Assembly: GCA_040376695.1 (NCBI GenBank)
Contig: JBEIQD010000001.1
Coordinates: 80,726 to 144,725 of the forward strand
Length of the DNA stretch: 64,000 nt
Reading direction: 5' to 3'
DNA from: Candidatus Nomurabacteria bacterium
GTDB taxonomy: Bacteria > Patescibacteriota > Minisyncoccia > Phycocordibacterales > UBA5272
A program made the translations under genes and the position numbers. Each line of letters begins with the position of its first letter. The first letter of the stretch is position 1. The notes beneath the pieces are model-generated. The model saw only the letters and a program-made list of their open reading frames with translations. It was not told the DNA's origin and searched no databases. Of the stretch, positions 37,056-46,226 are shown one piece after another.

Positions 37056-38150
37056 CTACAGTGTAACAGATTGTGTACGTGATAAAAACATGTGTATTTT
37101 TTCTTCAATTTCGGCTGCATTTTTGCAGTCCATAAGCTCCATTCGTAGTTCTTTAGCGCCATCAAAACCATGCACATAGGCTTTATAATGTTTTTTCATA
37201 ATAGCGAAACTCTTAATATCCCCTAGTTTTTCTTCGTAAAGCTTTGTGTGCTCTACGCAAATCTTGAGGCGTTCTTCAAGTGATTTACCTTGATTGAACT
37301 CCTTCTCATCAAAAAACCACGGCGTTCCAAAAATTCCTCGTCCCACCATTACCCCGTTTGCTCCAGATTCTTTCGCTTTTTCTTTTCCTTCAGTTACTGA
37401 TTTAATGTCTCCGTTTCCTAAAATAACAGTTCCGCCTTCAGATAATTCACCAGTTATGTCTCTTACAAGTTTAACGACGTCTTTCATGACATCCCAATGA
37501 GCGTCCACGAGAGACATTTCTTTTCGTGTCCTAAGATGAACGGTGAGTGCTGGAATATTGCATTCAAGAATCTTTGGTAACCACTCCATATATTCAATTT
37601 TGTTATATCCGAGACGTGTTTTTACGGATACAGGAAGATGTTCCGCTCCTTCCTGTGCTGCACGGATAATCGCTTGCGCTGTCTTCCAATCTTTAATATG
37701 CGCCGCTCCAGCACCTTGTTTTTCAATACTCTTATCTGGACAACCCATATTAATATCAATTCCATCAAAGCCAAGTTCACGACAAAGAGCTGCTGATTTC
37801 TTCATGTTTTCCGGGGTTGAGGTAAACAATTGTGCAACAACAGGACGTTCGATGTCAGTAATTTCAAGATCACGTTTTAAAATTTCCCTTCCAGGGCTGT
37901 TTAAACCATCTGCAGATACGAATTCTGTCCACATAACATCAGGGCCGTGTGGTTTCGAATACTTAGCAATCATTGTTCTAAAGGCGATATCTGTTACATC
38001 TGCCATGGGAGCAACAACTGAAAGAGTTTCTCCCTGAGAAAGTTTTGTGTCGATAAGTATTTGCCAAAATCCTCGTGTGGGGCTTTGTTGTATACGTCGA
38101 ATCGCAGATAGACCAAATAGTTTATTGAGTTGTGGTGGTAGCCATTTCAT
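37056..38150 (-). CDS. tRNA-dihydrouridine synthase
   Basis: APMADVTD, DINMGCP, SVKTRLG, TVHLRT, GNGDI, GVMVGRG; start uncertain. Confidence 0.92.
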   Translation of the reverse strand: MKWLPPQLNKLFGLSAIRRIQQSPTRGFWQILIDTKLSQGETLSVVAPMADVTDIAFRTMIAKYSKPHGPDVMWTEFVSADGLNSPGREILKRDLEITDIERPVVAQLFTSTPENMKKSAALCRELGFDGIDINMGCPDKSIEKQGAGAAHIKDWKTAQAIIRAAQEGAEHLPVSVKTRLGYNKIEYMEWLPKILECNIPALTVHLRTRKEMSLVDAHWDVMKDVVKLVRDITGELSEGGTVILGNGDIKSVTEGKEKAKESGANGVMVGRGIFGTPWFFDEKEFNQGKSLEERLKICVEHTKLYEEKLGDIKSFAIMKKHYKAYVHGFDGAKELRMELMDCKNAAEIEEKIHMFLSRTQSVTL

Positions 38151-38922
38151 GTGGAGGGATTATAACGGGAACTGAAGCGTTTGTAAATTTATAAAAAACC
38201 TTATTTCCAAAACGGGTATCTATGTATTCCAGGAGCTCTGATTTTTCAAGAATCTTTTTCTTCAATGGATCAGTGTCTATGGCACTTAATATATTCGACC
38301 ACACACGATTCATATCAGCATCTGAAGATACAACTACATTTGTTTTCTTTGATTCATCAAAAAACCTAATGTCATTAAATTCATCAATTGTTATATAGCG
38401 AACTTTAAAGAGCACGGTATCTATATTAGATGCCAATGTTTCCATGGAACGTAAAAGATTCTGAGAAACTTCCGTTGAGGTTGATATTGATAATTGAGCA
38501 AATGTATCAAGTGGTACTATTTCTTTATATACAACTCCGTTCTCTGAAATGGCGTGCGTCTCACTCACTGCAAATATAGGAGTGTATGATTGAATCTTAA
38601 CAGTAAGTGTATGTAAACCGCTTGGGTACAGAATGATATCACTAGTGTTCGGAAGAGTTTCTGTTATAAGTGTACGTATCTCGTTATCGTGGTAACTAAG
38701 CACTCGATTTCCAGGAAGTATTTTCATTACTTTCTGATCTGCGAGAAATCCAAACTGTCTTTTTAATTCTGTGGCCTGTTCCTCTGTTGTTCCAGATATA
38801 TGGTAATCATGGATAGTGAACGTTCCTGTTCGGAAATATACGTATATTGCCCCAATACAACAAATAAGTATTGTAGATCTGATCACTAATCTCTTTAAAA
38901 GAACATATGTCCTTTTTCTCAT
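38122..38922 (-). CDS. FtsQ/DivIB-like cell division protein
   Basis: Basic N-terminus, TM, POTRA-like region, C-terminal LEYIDTRFGNKVFYK. Confidence 0.7.
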   Translation of the reverse strand: MRKRTYVLLKRLVIRSTILICCIGAIYVYFRTGTFTIHDYHISGTTEEQATELKRQFGFLADQKVMKILPGNRVLSYHDNEIRTLITETLPNTSDIILYPSGLHTLTVKIQSYTPIFAVSETHAISENGVVYKEIVPLDTFAQLSISTSTEVSQNLLRSMETLASNIDTVLFKVRYITIDEFNDIRFFDESKKTNVVVSSDADMNRVWSNILSAIDTDPLKKKILEKSELLEYIDTRFGNKVFYKFTNASVPVIIPPHEMATTTTQ

Positions 38923-38925
38923 AAA

Positions 38926-40200
38926 CTAATTACGAAAGGGTTTACCGATAACTGTTTTACCTCCCATAAACGGTACCAACACATCAGGAACCTTAATTGT
39001 TCCGTCTGCCTGCTGATAATTTTCAATAATTACAGTTACAAGACGAGGTGTAGCTGCAGCGGTGTTGTTAAGTGAATGAGCGTAGCGAAGTTTCCCTTCA
39101 GTGTCTTTGTAACGAATATTAAGTCGACGAGTTTGGAAATCATGGAAATAACTTGCTGAATGAGTTTCTCTGTACTTGCTCTGTGACGGCATCCAAGCTT
39201 CAATGTCATACTTCTTCACTTGTCCGAGTCCAAGATCTCCTCCGCAATTAATAACTGTATGGTACGGGAGATTAAGTTCTTCCATCATAGATTCAGCAAG
39301 TGTTCTGATTTCTTCATGCAAAGCAACCGATGTCTCGTGGCTAGCTTCACAGAGAATAACTTGTTCACATTTATAAAACTCATGAACACGCACCAGACCG
39401 TTAACATCTTTTCCGTGGCTTCCTGCTTCTTTTCTGAAACACGGACTCCATACAATATATTTCTTAGGTTCAGCTAATCCATCAAGTATCTCATCTGAGT
39501 GATAAAACATTGTTGCAACCTCCCCTGTTCCTGCTAAATAATCATTTCCATCTTTATAGAGATCATCCTCTCCCTGTGGAAGATAGCCTGTTCCTAGGAG
39601 AGTCTCACGCTTAACAAGAGATGGCACAAGCATAGGAGTGAACCCTTTCCCTTGCCAACGTTGCATTACATAATTCCAAATAGCCATTTCAAGCATCGCC
39701 CCGTCATTTTTCAAGAAGTATCCTCTGAAGCCTGATGTCTTTGTTCCACGTTCAAAATCAACAAGGTCACTTTGTACCATGAGTTCAATATGATCAAGCG
39801 GAGTAAAAGAAAAATCTTTAATTTCCCCCCATGTTTTTACTTCCACATTATCTTCGTCTGACTTTCCTTCTGGAACTGTCATGTCTGGAATGTTTGGAAC
39901 AGACAACATAAGCGTTCTCCAAGTCTTCATTACCTCCTCAAGCTCATCTTCTTGTGTTTTAAGTTCATCCTTTACCTTCTTCATGGCATCAATAAGTTCC
40001 TGGCGGGTGTGAGCGTCTGCCTTTGAAATAGCCTCGCTGGCAGCGTTTTGTTCAGCTCGGAGACTTTCAACTACTTTCAAGATTTCAAGGCGTTTTGTAT
40101 CTGAAGCAATAAGATCGTCAACATTAAATGACAAGTGTTTTTTAGAAGCGGCGGCACGAATAAGGTCACTTTGTTCACGGATGAATTTAATGTCTAACAT
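38926..40200 (-). CDS. serS: serine--tRNA ligase
   Basis: MLDIKFIRE, LAGTGE, CFRKEAGSHG, RVHEF.K.E, LNNT. Confidence 0.97.
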   Translation of the reverse strand: MLDIKFIREQSDLIRAAASKKHLSFNVDDLIASDTKRLEILKVVESLRAEQNAASEAISKADAHTRQELIDAMKKVKDELKTQEDELEEVMKTWRTLMLSVPNIPDMTVPEGKSDEDNVEVKTWGEIKDFSFTPLDHIELMVQSDLVDFERGTKTSGFRGYFLKNDGAMLEMAIWNYVMQRWQGKGFTPMLVPSLVKRETLLGTGYLPQGEDDLYKDGNDYLAGTGEVATMFYHSDEILDGLAEPKKYIVWSPCFRKEAGSHGKDVNGLVRVHEFYKCEQVILCEASHETSVALHEEIRTLAESMMEELNLPYHTVINCGGDLGLGQVKKYDIEAWMPSQSKYRETHSASYFHDFQTRRLNIRYKDTEGKLRYAHSLNNTAAATPRLVTVIIENYQQADGTIKVPDVLVPFMGGKTVIGKPFRN

Positions 40201-40289
40201 GTCCTTTATTCTAACAGATAGTAGCTCCTTTATGAAGCTTGTTTATAAGGATATCTAGGAAAACAGATTTACAGGATATACTGGTCATA

Positions 40290-40970
40290 ATGACAGAGCG
40301 AGACACCTTAGAGGAAGATATTAAGAGCTCCACGCCTCATATCGTTACCCACCAGGAAAAGTATAGTAAACACCCTAAAGGATTTTCAGATTTTATAGCA
40401 AAATCAACCGTACACCTCTCAGCAGGTATAGCCGATTTTTTATTCCAAGAGCGCTATTGTCACCGCGCTGTAGTTCTGGAAACGGTTGCGGCTGTTCCAG
40501 GTATGGTAGGAGGACTTCTTCAACATTTAAAATCGTTACGCTTCATACGGGATGACCGCGGATGGATTCACACCCTCTTAGCTGAAGCAGAAAATGAGCG
40601 AATGCATCTACTGATTTATAGCGAGATAGCAAAACCCTCTACGTTAGAAAGAATTCTTATTATGGTGGTTCAGTTTTTCTTTTATCATTTGTATTTTCTC
40701 CTGTATCTTATCAGTGCGAAAACAGCTCATCGTGTTGTTGGATACTTTGAGGAAGAAGCAATTCATAGCTATAAACACTATCTACAACTGGTAGAAGAAG
40801 GTAAACACGAAAACATACCAGCTCCAATAAGTGCTATTACGTATTGGGAACTTCCTGAAGATGCACGTCTTATGGATGTCATCAAAGCAACCATCAAGGA
40901 TGAAATGTACCACCGAGACACCAACCATGCCTTTGCTGACGATGTTGCAGGAACAAAACTCTGGAGTTAG
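40290..40970 (+). CDS. aox: alternative oxidase (ubiquinol oxidase, diiron)
   Basis: LETVAAVPGMV, EAENERMHL, HRVVGYFEEEA, DEMYHRDTNH. Confidence 0.93.
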   Translation: MTERDTLEEDIKSSTPHIVTHQEKYSKHPKGFSDFIAKSTVHLSAGIADFLFQERYCHRAVVLETVAAVPGMVGGLLQHLKSLRFIRDDRGWIHTLLAEAENERMHLLIYSEIAKPSTLERILIMVVQFFFYHLYFLLYLISAKTAHRVVGYFEEEAIHSYKHYLQLVEEGKHENIPAPISAITYWELPEDARLMDVIKATIKDEMYHRDTNHAFADDVAGTKLWS

Positions 40971-41018
40971 AAACAAAAATCACCATCGAAAGATGGTGAT
41001 TACTTTGTTTCTCTAAGA

Positions 41019-41177
41019 CTAGAGAGCTGCTGGAGTAACTTCTGCGGCTACAACTTCTTCTTCCGCTACTGGTGTAGTTTCAGTTGATTCTGTAGGAATT
41101 GCAGTTTCCTCAACTACTGGAGTGTCTGTTGCTGGAACTTCTTCAGTAATAGGAGTTGTGATGATTTCGTCTGACAT
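41019..41177 (-). CDS. 52-aa acidic low-complexity peptide
   Basis: MSDEIITTPITEEVPATDTPVVEETAIPTESTETTPVAEEEVVAAEVTPAAL. Confidence 0.6.
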   Translation of the reverse strand: MSDEIITTPITEEVPATDTPVVEETAIPTESTETTPVAEEEVVAAEVTPAAL

Positions 41178-41254
41178 AGATTTGTTTTGAAAATGGGTAA
41201 AGTCGAGCGCGTATCATAGCACTTCTAGGACTCTAAAGCAATTAGAGCTCTAAG

Positions 41255-42307
41255 CTAGAACGCCTGATTGATGAGCAAACAAAGTGTGATTACAAGCAAT
41301 AGCGCGAGTCCGTACGTTATATGTTTCCAGTGCTGTTTTCGAATCTCAATAAAAATCATAGTAAGTAAAGCAACAAACGTTAGTGCAAGTAACCCCTTTA
41401 AAAGGATATCTACATAATAAGAGCCACCAAACAGCAGACGCCCGTACCACGTTGAGTATTTTTCAGGAGCACTTGGCGTAGAAGTGCTTACAGCAACTTC
41501 CTCTGCTTCATTGTTTCTAACAACAGCTAACTCTTCAGTCGTAATAACTGATTCATATTCAGGCTTTGTTTCTACTGATTCACCTTTAATTTCAGGCGTA
41601 CCGACAGCTAGAACAGGATTGGTTTGAGGAGTTATAGTTTCTATTGGTGCCACTTTTTGTGGTTCAAGGGTTTCTTTTTCAACACTAGGAGAAGTCTCTA
41701 CGACAGGAATTTCTTTTGCTACTGCTGGAGTACCGAACATTTGCACTACATAAATTGTTGGGCCATTCTTATATACACCACTTACTGTTGCCATACCAAT
41801 TTCCTTAAACTTTACATCCAAAAGATTGGCTCTGTGCAGCGGAGAAGCGAGCCATGCATTACGAACCTCTTCAGCATCTACGAAATTGATAGCAAGATTT
41901 TCTCCTGCATATAAAAACGTGTACCCAGCTTGCTTGAACCAGTGCCATGGAGTTACTCCTTCTGGACTATCATGTGCAAAATATCCCTCCTTAGCCATAT
42001 CTTCGGCTTTAAGGGTTGCTGCGCGATCTAAAACGGGATTGCGCACAAGAGGAGCTTCATTGTACGCCAGACGACTTTCGTTAGTTAAATCAACAAGAAC
42101 AGAAGCGGTAACGCTTGCCCCTAGTACTGTTTTCTTAATAAGGAATGAGCTGCCTGCAGAAAAACCAAGAAGGAAAATACTTCCAATAACAATAATTGCA
42201 ACTGAGACTTCTCGGAAAAAGTGTGGCTTGTAATCATTGTGCTCGTGCGGAATGAATACATGCTTTAAAAAGGAGTGGGGTTTCACTTGTACAGTATAAC
42301 GTAGCAC
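41255..42307 (-). CDS. CAP (SCP) domain protein
   Basis: FIPHEHNDYKPH, DMAKEGYFAH, AGENLA, WLASPLHRANLL. Confidence 0.9.
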   Translation of the reverse strand: MLRYTVQVKPHSFLKHVFIPHEHNDYKPHFFREVSVAIIVIGSIFLLGFSAGSSFLIKKTVLGASVTASVLVDLTNESRLAYNEAPLVRNPVLDRAATLKAEDMAKEGYFAHDSPEGVTPWHWFKQAGYTFLYAGENLAINFVDAEEVRNAWLASPLHRANLLDVKFKEIGMATVSGVYKNGPTIYVVQMFGTPAVAKEIPVVETSPSVEKETLEPQKVAPIETITPQTNPVLAVGTPEIKGESVETKPEYESVITTEELAVVRNNEAEEVAVSTSTPSAPEKYSTWYGRLLFGGSYYVDILLKGLLALTFVALLTMIFIEIRKQHWKHITYGLALLLVITLCLLINQAF

Positions 42308-42367
42308 TATGTAAAAACAACTCCCGTTTGGGAGTTGTTTTTATTGTTTAGCTGCTTAGTTTGTTAT

Positions 42368-45313
42368 TTACTTAGCCACGAATCCTCGAGAAATTGTTCC
42401 GAAGAATCCTGTAGCTGGAATACCATTCTTTGCTTGCCACTTAATGAGGGCTGACTTTGTGAGTGGGCCAAACCATTTTGTAGCAACATTAATCTTTAGA
42501 TAACCGTTAGTCATGAGCATCTTCTGAAGTTCTGTTACATCATCTCCATTTGCCCCATATCCTAGGTTGCGTGAAAAGTTAACTGCAGTAGCTCCAAGAA
42601 CCATTCCTGGTGTTGTTGGTACAGCGGTAACGATGATACCAGGAGTTGTTGTCGCAACGGTAACTGTTGTTGTAGAAGCTCCAAGTACTGAACCTCCTGT
42701 ACTTCCTGATCCACTTGAATAACCACCTCCACCTCCGTAAGGGATAGCAGCTTCAGTGTAGGTAATGAATGTTGTAGCGTGCTTTGTCCAAACAACGAGG
42801 TCTGCACCTACGTCAATCTTACAATCTGTTCCTGCTGTAAGTGTTGGGTTTGTAGCACTATCACATGTTGTTGAAATCTTCGCAAACACACCATTCTGTG
42901 ACCATCCTGCAAGCTTACCTGCCTGTCCTGCGAATGTCAGCTTGATTGCCTGATCAAACGTAAGATGTGTATCTCCAGCTCCAATTGCAACTGCTCCAGT
43001 TGGAGTAAGGTAAGATCCGTTACTTTCTGAAGGGATTGTATATGTAGTTGTAGCTGTCGGTAGATCAAATGTTCCATCCCATGTTGTAGGACCAGAAATA
43101 ACTGTACCTTCTGAGATAAGAACAGAGATTGTTCCTTGAGTAGTTGAAGCTGTTAACTGTGTATCTGACTCAATTGTTGCAGTTTTAGCTTCTGGTGTTG
43201 TCTGTACTGTTGCTGGAACTTCTGAGTAACCCTTAAGAAGGATTGTATCCGTTGAAGATGCATTACTCTTTGTCCAAGCGAGATCACCACTGATACTTCG
43301 TACATTTGTGTAAGGAGTATATGAGTACTCACGAACAGTGAATGTATCTAGATCAGAAAGTGCCATTGAACCTTTAATAAAGGTATTGTTCTCCCAAATA
43401 GACTTCCAATTGAACTGTGCGTTAGCGTAATCGCCACGAGCGCGGATGTGCCACTTGTTCTCTCCTTCAAACGTGTTTCCTGTGATCACTGCACCTCCAA
43501 CTGGATAAAGGAACCATCCTTGTCCTCCTGTACCAGTAAAGCTAATACGAGCAGCGTTAACGGTTGAAGACTTAAATGTGTTTCCTGTGATAACACGATC
43601 AGTATTAGGTGAAGAAGCTGCTGAGCCGGCCCCACTAGCGATACTGATTGTTGATGCATTATCAAACACGTTATTAGTGATAGTGAACTTGTTAACAAGG
43701 TTAACTGCAGTAAAGTCACTGATATACACTGATCCGTTTGTTTCTGAGATCTTTGAATTAGTAAGTGTGAAATTATCTCCGATTACCTCAATTGTCTTAT
43801 TAGTTCCTGGAATGTTCTCAGCAAATTCAATACCTGAAATAGTAATGTTGTCTGCTGCTACGAATGTCCCACTCTTTCCAAAACTGTTAGTTGCGTTTGT
43901 CTTCACGATAACACCTGTTGATGCCGCCTGAAGCGTAACTGTTGAAGTTCCGAAGAAAAGTCCGAACTGGTATGATCCACCGTTTACTGATCGGTTCATA
44001 GCAGTTTCGTTGTATGTACCTGGATATACGATAACAGTATCACCTGACTCTGCTGCATCGATAGCTGCCTGGATTGTTGTGTATCCAGTAGTTACGCCTG
44101 CCTTAGTGATAGTAGCGAGGTTAACAATGTTGTTTGACCATACAACTACATTTGTTCCAGCCTTTGTGTACTGTGTGTACCCTGAAGCGCTCACAGTAAC
44201 TGAAGCTGTTGGAGTAACATGTGCTCCATCAGACCAAATCTGTGTTGTAGTTGTTGCTAGTGTTCCACTGTTAAGTGTAAATACAGAAGGAGAAAGAACT
44301 CCTGATCCTGGGTCAACGTTAACACTTCCCCACACGTTTCCTTCTGTTGTTAGGTTAGTAGCTACTACTGTTGAACCGTTAACAGTAAGACCAGCTCCTT
44401 TACTGTTCTTCATAGTTACGTTTGAAAAACGTACGTCTGCTGGATCTGTTGTTGTGTATGCATGTACACCGTACGCCTTAGCGTCACTGTTAAGAGTTAG
44501 GTTGCTGAATGAAACTGTCCCTGTTGGCACACCTTGCACACCAACGAGATGCTTTGAACCGTTTGTTGATCCAAAGTCTGTTGTTGCTACAAGTCCTGCA
44601 TTACTTCCAAGTCCAACGAATTCAACCGCACGGTTAATAGTAAGCTGTGCAGTGAGTCCAATAGTACCCATGATATTAATTGTAGAAACAGCAGCATCTG
44701 ACAAGAGCGCCTGGAGGTATGCTGATGTGGTCACTGTTGTAAGTGAACTTGTATTGAGGTAGTACTGAATCTGGGTTGTGCTTGCTGGAGTGCTTGTTGC
44801 TCCTACAAAACCAACAACAGTGTTTCCTGTCATTCCATCTTCCCAAGCTGTTGGCAAGCGATATGATTCTGTACTATTAGTAAGAGTTGCGCCTGATACC
44901 GTAAGAACTGAACCGTTAGATGATTCAATTCCTCCGAATTCATTTCCTGATACATCAATTGAACCAGTAAGAGTTACTGTTGAATTGTTAACAAGAAGTC
45001 CAGCGTCTCCTGCTGTAAGCTTGATGTCACTAATAGTTACATCTGATGTTCCGTATACATGGAACACGTAGTTTCCATTCCACCCTGCATTACTAGGTGA
45101 GAAAGAAACAGTGTGACCTCCACCGATGATTGTGAGAGGGCGATTAATGAGGAGTTTCTCTGGTGTTGAGATATCCGTTGTGATAGTAATAGTCGTTGTT
45201 GAAACGTCTGAGAGGGCTGCCTTGAGCTCGTCAAACGTAGCCACGTCTGCTGCACTTGCAAATGTCGGTAATGACAAAAAAGCAAATGATAGTATGAATA
45301 ATGTTTTTTTCAT
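42368..45313 (-). CDS. large secreted beta-helix surface protein with C-terminal PG-binding domain
   Basis: Signal peptide, duplicated beta-helix modules, YTTIQAAIDAA..GD, C-terminal G.DV.ELQ.ML..FGPLT..A...WQ. Confidence 0.85.
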   Translation of the reverse strand: MKKTLFILSFAFLSLPTFASAADVATFDELKAALSDVSTTTITITTDISTPEKLLINRPLTIIGGGHTVSFSPSNAGWNGNYVFHVYGTSDVTISDIKLTAGDAGLLVNNSTVTLTGSIDVSGNEFGGIESSNGSVLTVSGATLTNSTESYRLPTAWEDGMTGNTVVGFVGATSTPASTTQIQYYLNTSSLTTVTTSAYLQALLSDAAVSTINIMGTIGLTAQLTINRAVEFVGLGSNAGLVATTDFGSTNGSKHLVGVQGVPTGTVSFSNLTLNSDAKAYGVHAYTTTDPADVRFSNVTMKNSKGAGLTVNGSTVVATNLTTEGNVWGSVNVDPGSGVLSPSVFTLNSGTLATTTTQIWSDGAHVTPTASVTVSASGYTQYTKAGTNVVVWSNNIVNLATITKAGVTTGYTTIQAAIDAAESGDTVIVYPGTYNETAMNRSVNGGSYQFGLFFGTSTVTLQAASTGVIVKTNATNSFGKSGTFVAADNITISGIEFAENIPGTNKTIEVIGDNFTLTNSKISETNGSVYISDFTAVNLVNKFTITNNVFDNASTISIASGAGSAASSPNTDRVITGNTFKSSTVNAARISFTGTGGQGWFLYPVGGAVITGNTFEGENKWHIRARGDYANAQFNWKSIWENNTFIKGSMALSDLDTFTVREYSYTPYTNVRSISGDLAWTKSNASSTDTILLKGYSEVPATVQTTPEAKTATIESDTQLTASTTQGTISVLISEGTVISGPTTWDGTFDLPTATTTYTIPSESNGSYLTPTGAVAIGAGDTHLTFDQAIKLTFAGQAGKLAGWSQNGVFAKISTTCDSATNPTLTAGTDCKIDVGADLVVWTKHATTFITYTEAAIPYGGGGGYSSGSGSTGGSVLGASTTTVTVATTTPGIIVTAVPTTPGMVLGATAVNFSRNLGYGANGDDVTELQKMLMTNGYLKINVATKWFGPLTKSALIKWQAKNGIPATGFFGTISRGFVAK

Positions 45314-45545
45314 TGTAAAAGTATCTAAAAACCCTTAATAATTAACCCTCAAAGCGCTCTTTTTAGCTTTGTCACTCAATCCTACACTTCTGTAGTGGTA
45401 AAAGCAATGAAATATACCACACTAAAGCTGTTGAGGAAGTGGATAACTTTTTAGTCGTTTTTAGAAGGTTATTACCTATCCCCTCTTTTCCAAAGGATTG
45501 AAATGTGGTAGTATTATTGTCATCGTTAGTTACACAAACGAATAA

Positions 45546-45618
45546 GGGCCCTTAGCTCATTTGGTAGAGCGCCGGTTTTGCACTCCGGAGGTGAGGAGTT
45601 CGATTCTCCTAGGGTCCA
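45546..45618 (+). tRNA. tRNA-Ala(TGC), CCA not encoded
   Basis: GGGCCCT/AGGGTCC acceptor with G3-U70; loop TTTGCAC; GTTCGATTC T arm. Confidence 0.95.
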
Positions 45619-45717
45619 CAGTAAACAAAAAGACCAGTCCAATTGACTGGTCTTTTTGTTTGTCTTGTTTTATAGAAAGGAGTATCCTTTTATATAGACC
45701 AACACAAGGAGTACAGA

Positions 45718-46209
45718 ATGGACGCAATAAATACGGAAGTTGGGCTGTGGGTAGATCTTTTAAAAGAAGGACAAGCACGGGCATGCGTAACTCTTTCGGA
45801 AACAGAAGAAGCTTATACCGTTCACATGTTGCAACGATTCATACTTGACCCAGAGCTAACCAACACAACGCTTGCTTTGGGGTATCTCGAAAACCAAAAC
45901 GAAAGTAACGCTAAAAAGTATGGCAACCTCTGGCACACAGCTGATGCTGGGCTGCTCATGGCAGGACTGTTCCCCGAGCGTGCTCGGAGGAAGAATGTAC
46001 CCGTCTCGTACCTTACAGGCATGAGCCAGGTTTGTTTTCTGAGTCTCGCTCAGCTCTGTGACAAAATAAAACGCCCACTTGAAGCTAAAGAATACCGAGA
46101 AATTGCTACCGGTGTTGAACGTGTTGCCTGTGTGCTTTATTGCTCACGAAGAAAGAACTCTACTGTCCATGAACTCTTACAGCTTCCTATGGGAAGTTTC
46201 CTTCATTGA
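45718..46209 (+). CDS. hypothetical protein downstream of tRNA-Ala
   Basis: AAGGAG SD, 163 aa. Confidence 0.7.
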   Translation: MDAINTEVGLWVDLLKEGQARACVTLSETEEAYTVHMLQRFILDPELTNTTLALGYLENQNESNAKKYGNLWHTADAGLLMAGLFPERARRKNVPVSYLTGMSQVCFLSLAQLCDKIKRPLEAKEYREIATGVERVACVLYCSRRKNSTVHELLQLPMGSFLH

Positions 46210-46226
46210 AGCCCTCTCGGGCTTTT

